Shown one piece after another: positions 7,435 to 9,560 of a stretch of 9,560 bases of DNA. Source of the stretch: Octopus sinensis. Lineage: Eukaryota. The stretch lies in NCBI RefSeq assembly GCF_006345805.1, contig NW_021827921.1, positions 1-9,560 of the forward strand. The letters run 5' to 3'. The notes below the pieces were generated by a model. It made no database searches. It had not been told where the DNA came from and worked only from the letters and a program-made list of their open reading frames with translations. The position numbers and the translations under genes are program-made. Every line of letters starts with the position of its first letter. Within the stretch, counting starts at the first letter, position 1.

Positions 7435-7602
7435 TATACTTCTTATCTAAGTCTGTCTGACTATTTTGTTCGCATGTCTGTTAAGTTTGTCTCCTTGTCT
7501 GTACGTTTGCCCGTCTGATTGTCTGTATGTTTGTCTATCTATCTATCTATCTATCTATCTCTTTCTCTTTCTTTCTTTCTCGTCCCCCCCATCCCCCCCC
7601 CC
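7275..7602. repeat. (CA)n, degenerate (GTCT)n, (TCTA)n, (TTTC)n and poly-C tracts
   Basis: Directly visible: CA about 7280-7430, TCTA about 7535-7561, C runs 7585-7602. Confidence 0.85.
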
Positions 7603-7814
7603 AGTGTCTCTCACTTTCTCATGCATCTTGGCTTTGTAATGACAAAGAGACCCATACACACCGCAAAGTAACATATGCATGCACGTATGTATGCACATAT
7701 ATTTATTTATACATATGTGCACAAACCAATTCACACATAAACCCCCATATATAGTGAGGGTGCGCTTCTATGTGTGAGCATGGATAACCTGCTCGCACTT
7801 CACAATATAAATAA

Positions 7815-8170
7815 TACTACATCATATATTATATATTATATATATATATATATACTATTATATATGAATATATATATAATATTATGTGTTATATGATACA
7901 AGTATGTATGTATATATATATATATATGTATATGTATACTGTATGTATGTATATATATATATGTGTGTGTATATATATGTATATGTATATATGTATAGAT
8001 ATATATAATGTATATATATGTGTATGTGGGTATATATATATATTGTATATATATATAGATATATGTATAGATATATATATTATATATATATATATATATC
8101 TATATATATATTATATATATTATATGTGTGTTGTGTGGGTGTGTGTCGTGTGTGGTGTGTGTGTGTGTTG
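7815..8170. repeat. Long degenerate (TA)n/(TATG)n followed by (TG)n tract
   Basis: Directly visible. Confidence 0.95.
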
Positions 8171-8620
8171 TAACAACGCGTGTGTTAATAAAATTGGCAT
8201 AATCACTCCCTAGACGGAATATACATACACATATACAAACACGTTCAGGGACATACAGTCACACACACTCATACATGCATATATAAAAACAACACGGCGT
8301 ATATCTATTTATAACTTTCTTCTCCCCAACAGTAGAAGCTTACGAATAAAAAAACTAAACAAAACAAAAAAAAAACAAAAAACAAAATCAAACGGATTTA
8401 AAAAACATAGAAACCCGGACATCGCTGTTTCGGTTAAACACAGAGTTGTGTGTACAGCCGAACAACAGTTCTATATGACCTTGAAAAAGTCATGCAGTAA
8501 ATCCTTATACCAATCCCATGCATAGACTAATGAACCTCACAAAGACTGACTCATGGGCAAATTAGTAAATTGATATTAGCATTAACTCGTACAAAAAAAT
8601 AAATGTATATATATATCATA

Positions 8621-9032
8621 GGCGCAGGAGTGGGTGTGTGGTAAGTAGCTTGCTAACCAATCACATGGTTCCGGGTTCAGTCACACACGCGTGGCATCTT
8701 GGCGCAAGTGTCTTTGCCTATAGCCCCGGGCCGACCAATGCCTTGTGAGTGGATTGGTAGATGGAAACTGAAAGAAGCCTGTCGTATATATGTATACTAT
8801 ATATAAGTGTGTGTGTTATGGTTTTGTGTGTTGGTTTGTCCCCCTAGCATTGCCTTGACAAACGGATGCAGGTGTGTTTACGTCCCCGTCACTTAGCGGT
8901 TCGGCAAAAGAGACCGATAGAATAAGTACTGGGCTTACAAAGAATAAGTCCCGGGTCGATTTGCTCGACTAAAGGCGGTGCTCCAGCATGGCCGCAGTCA
9001 AATGACTGAAACAAGTAAAAGAGTAAAAGAGT
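8621..9032 (+). mobile_element. Full-length CORE-SINE copy 4
   Basis: Starts ggcgcaggagtgggtgtgtggtaag and ends aatgactgaaacaa(gtaaaaga)2gt. It is flanked by tatatatatc on both sides (8608-8617 and 9032-9041), a possible low-complexity TSD. Confidence 0.92.
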
Positions 9033-9066
9033 ATATATATCTGCTTTCGATTTACCTCAATTGGAA

Positions 9067-9274
9067 GGCGGCGAGTTGGCAGAAAAGTTAGTACGCCGGG
9101 CGAAATGCTTAGCGGCATTTCGTCTGTCTTTATGTTCTGAGTTCAAATTCCGCCGAAGTCGACCTTGCCTTTAATCATTTCGGGGTCGTTAAGTAGCGGT
9201 TGCGAACTGGGTTCGATCTAATCGACTGTCCCTCCCCAGAAAATTCGGGCCTTGCGCCTAGAGTAGAAAAGATT
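9067..9274 (+). mobile_element. SINE family B copy with an alternative 3' tail
   Basis: Head and central domain align with 1560-1725 (B box gagttcaaattcc). After atcgact the tail is gtccctccccagaaaattcgggccttgcgcctagagtagaaaagatt, unrelated to 1726-1790. Confidence 0.85.
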
Positions 9275-9483
9275 TATCGCAACTGGAATGACATGATGCC
9301 AACAGTCAAGAGGTTTGATGGCGCACAGAATAGAAATATTACAAATTTGCTGACTTCGATACAGTGAATCTGCACTACAATTTCTTTTTCTTTTTCTTTT
9401 GTGTTTTTTTTTTTTTTTTGTTAAATGCTTTAGTGCTCGGCAGACTGTTCTACGATGTTAATGAATTATTTATTAAAATAATA

Positions 9484-9560
9484 TTAATTTCAAATTTTGG
9501 TACAAAGCCAGCTAGTTGGGGGGAGGAGGAGGCTAGTCGGACACAATCAACCCCCACGAT
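9484..9560 (-). mobile_element. 3' end of another family B SINE, probably continuing beyond the window edge
   Basis: The reverse complement reads gggggttgattgtgtccgactagcctcctcctccccccaactagctggctttgtaccaaaatttgaaattaa. This resembles the ggggtcgat..cgact module followed by a C-rich tail like that at 9226-9260. Confidence 0.65.

Noticed and set aside
7585-7602. C runs (and the G10 run at 7082-7091) as G-quadruplex candidates
   Set aside because: They are simple homopolymers with uncertain called length and no functional context.

Overview
AT-rich, repeat-dense eukaryotic non-coding DNA with no intact protein-coding gene I can support. The SINE families and heavy microsatellite load point to an octopus genome; this is recalled from known cephalopod repeats, not from a database search. 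The window holds four long copies and one 3' fragment of a tRNA-derived CORE-SINE, and several copies or fragments of a second tRNA-derived SINE carrying different 3' tails. It also contains a decayed RLE-type (R4/Dong/NeSL-like) non-LTR retrotransposon fragment with a CCHC knuckle and RHD motif, joined to the 3' 72 nt of a 5S rRNA, and a complete 391-bp non-autonomous Helitron. Long (TA)n, (CA)n, (TC)n and (TCTA)n tracts make up much of the rest. The most striking feature is a perfect 48-bp-arm palindrome at 6318-6418. Its minus strand spells a complete minimal type I hammerhead ribozyme, as expected for an inverted pseudo-LTR of a Penelope-like element. Most ORFs in the supplied track are artefacts of microsatellites or SINEs. 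A GC-richer block at 2720-3460, with a good minus-strand splice acceptor, remains unidentified.
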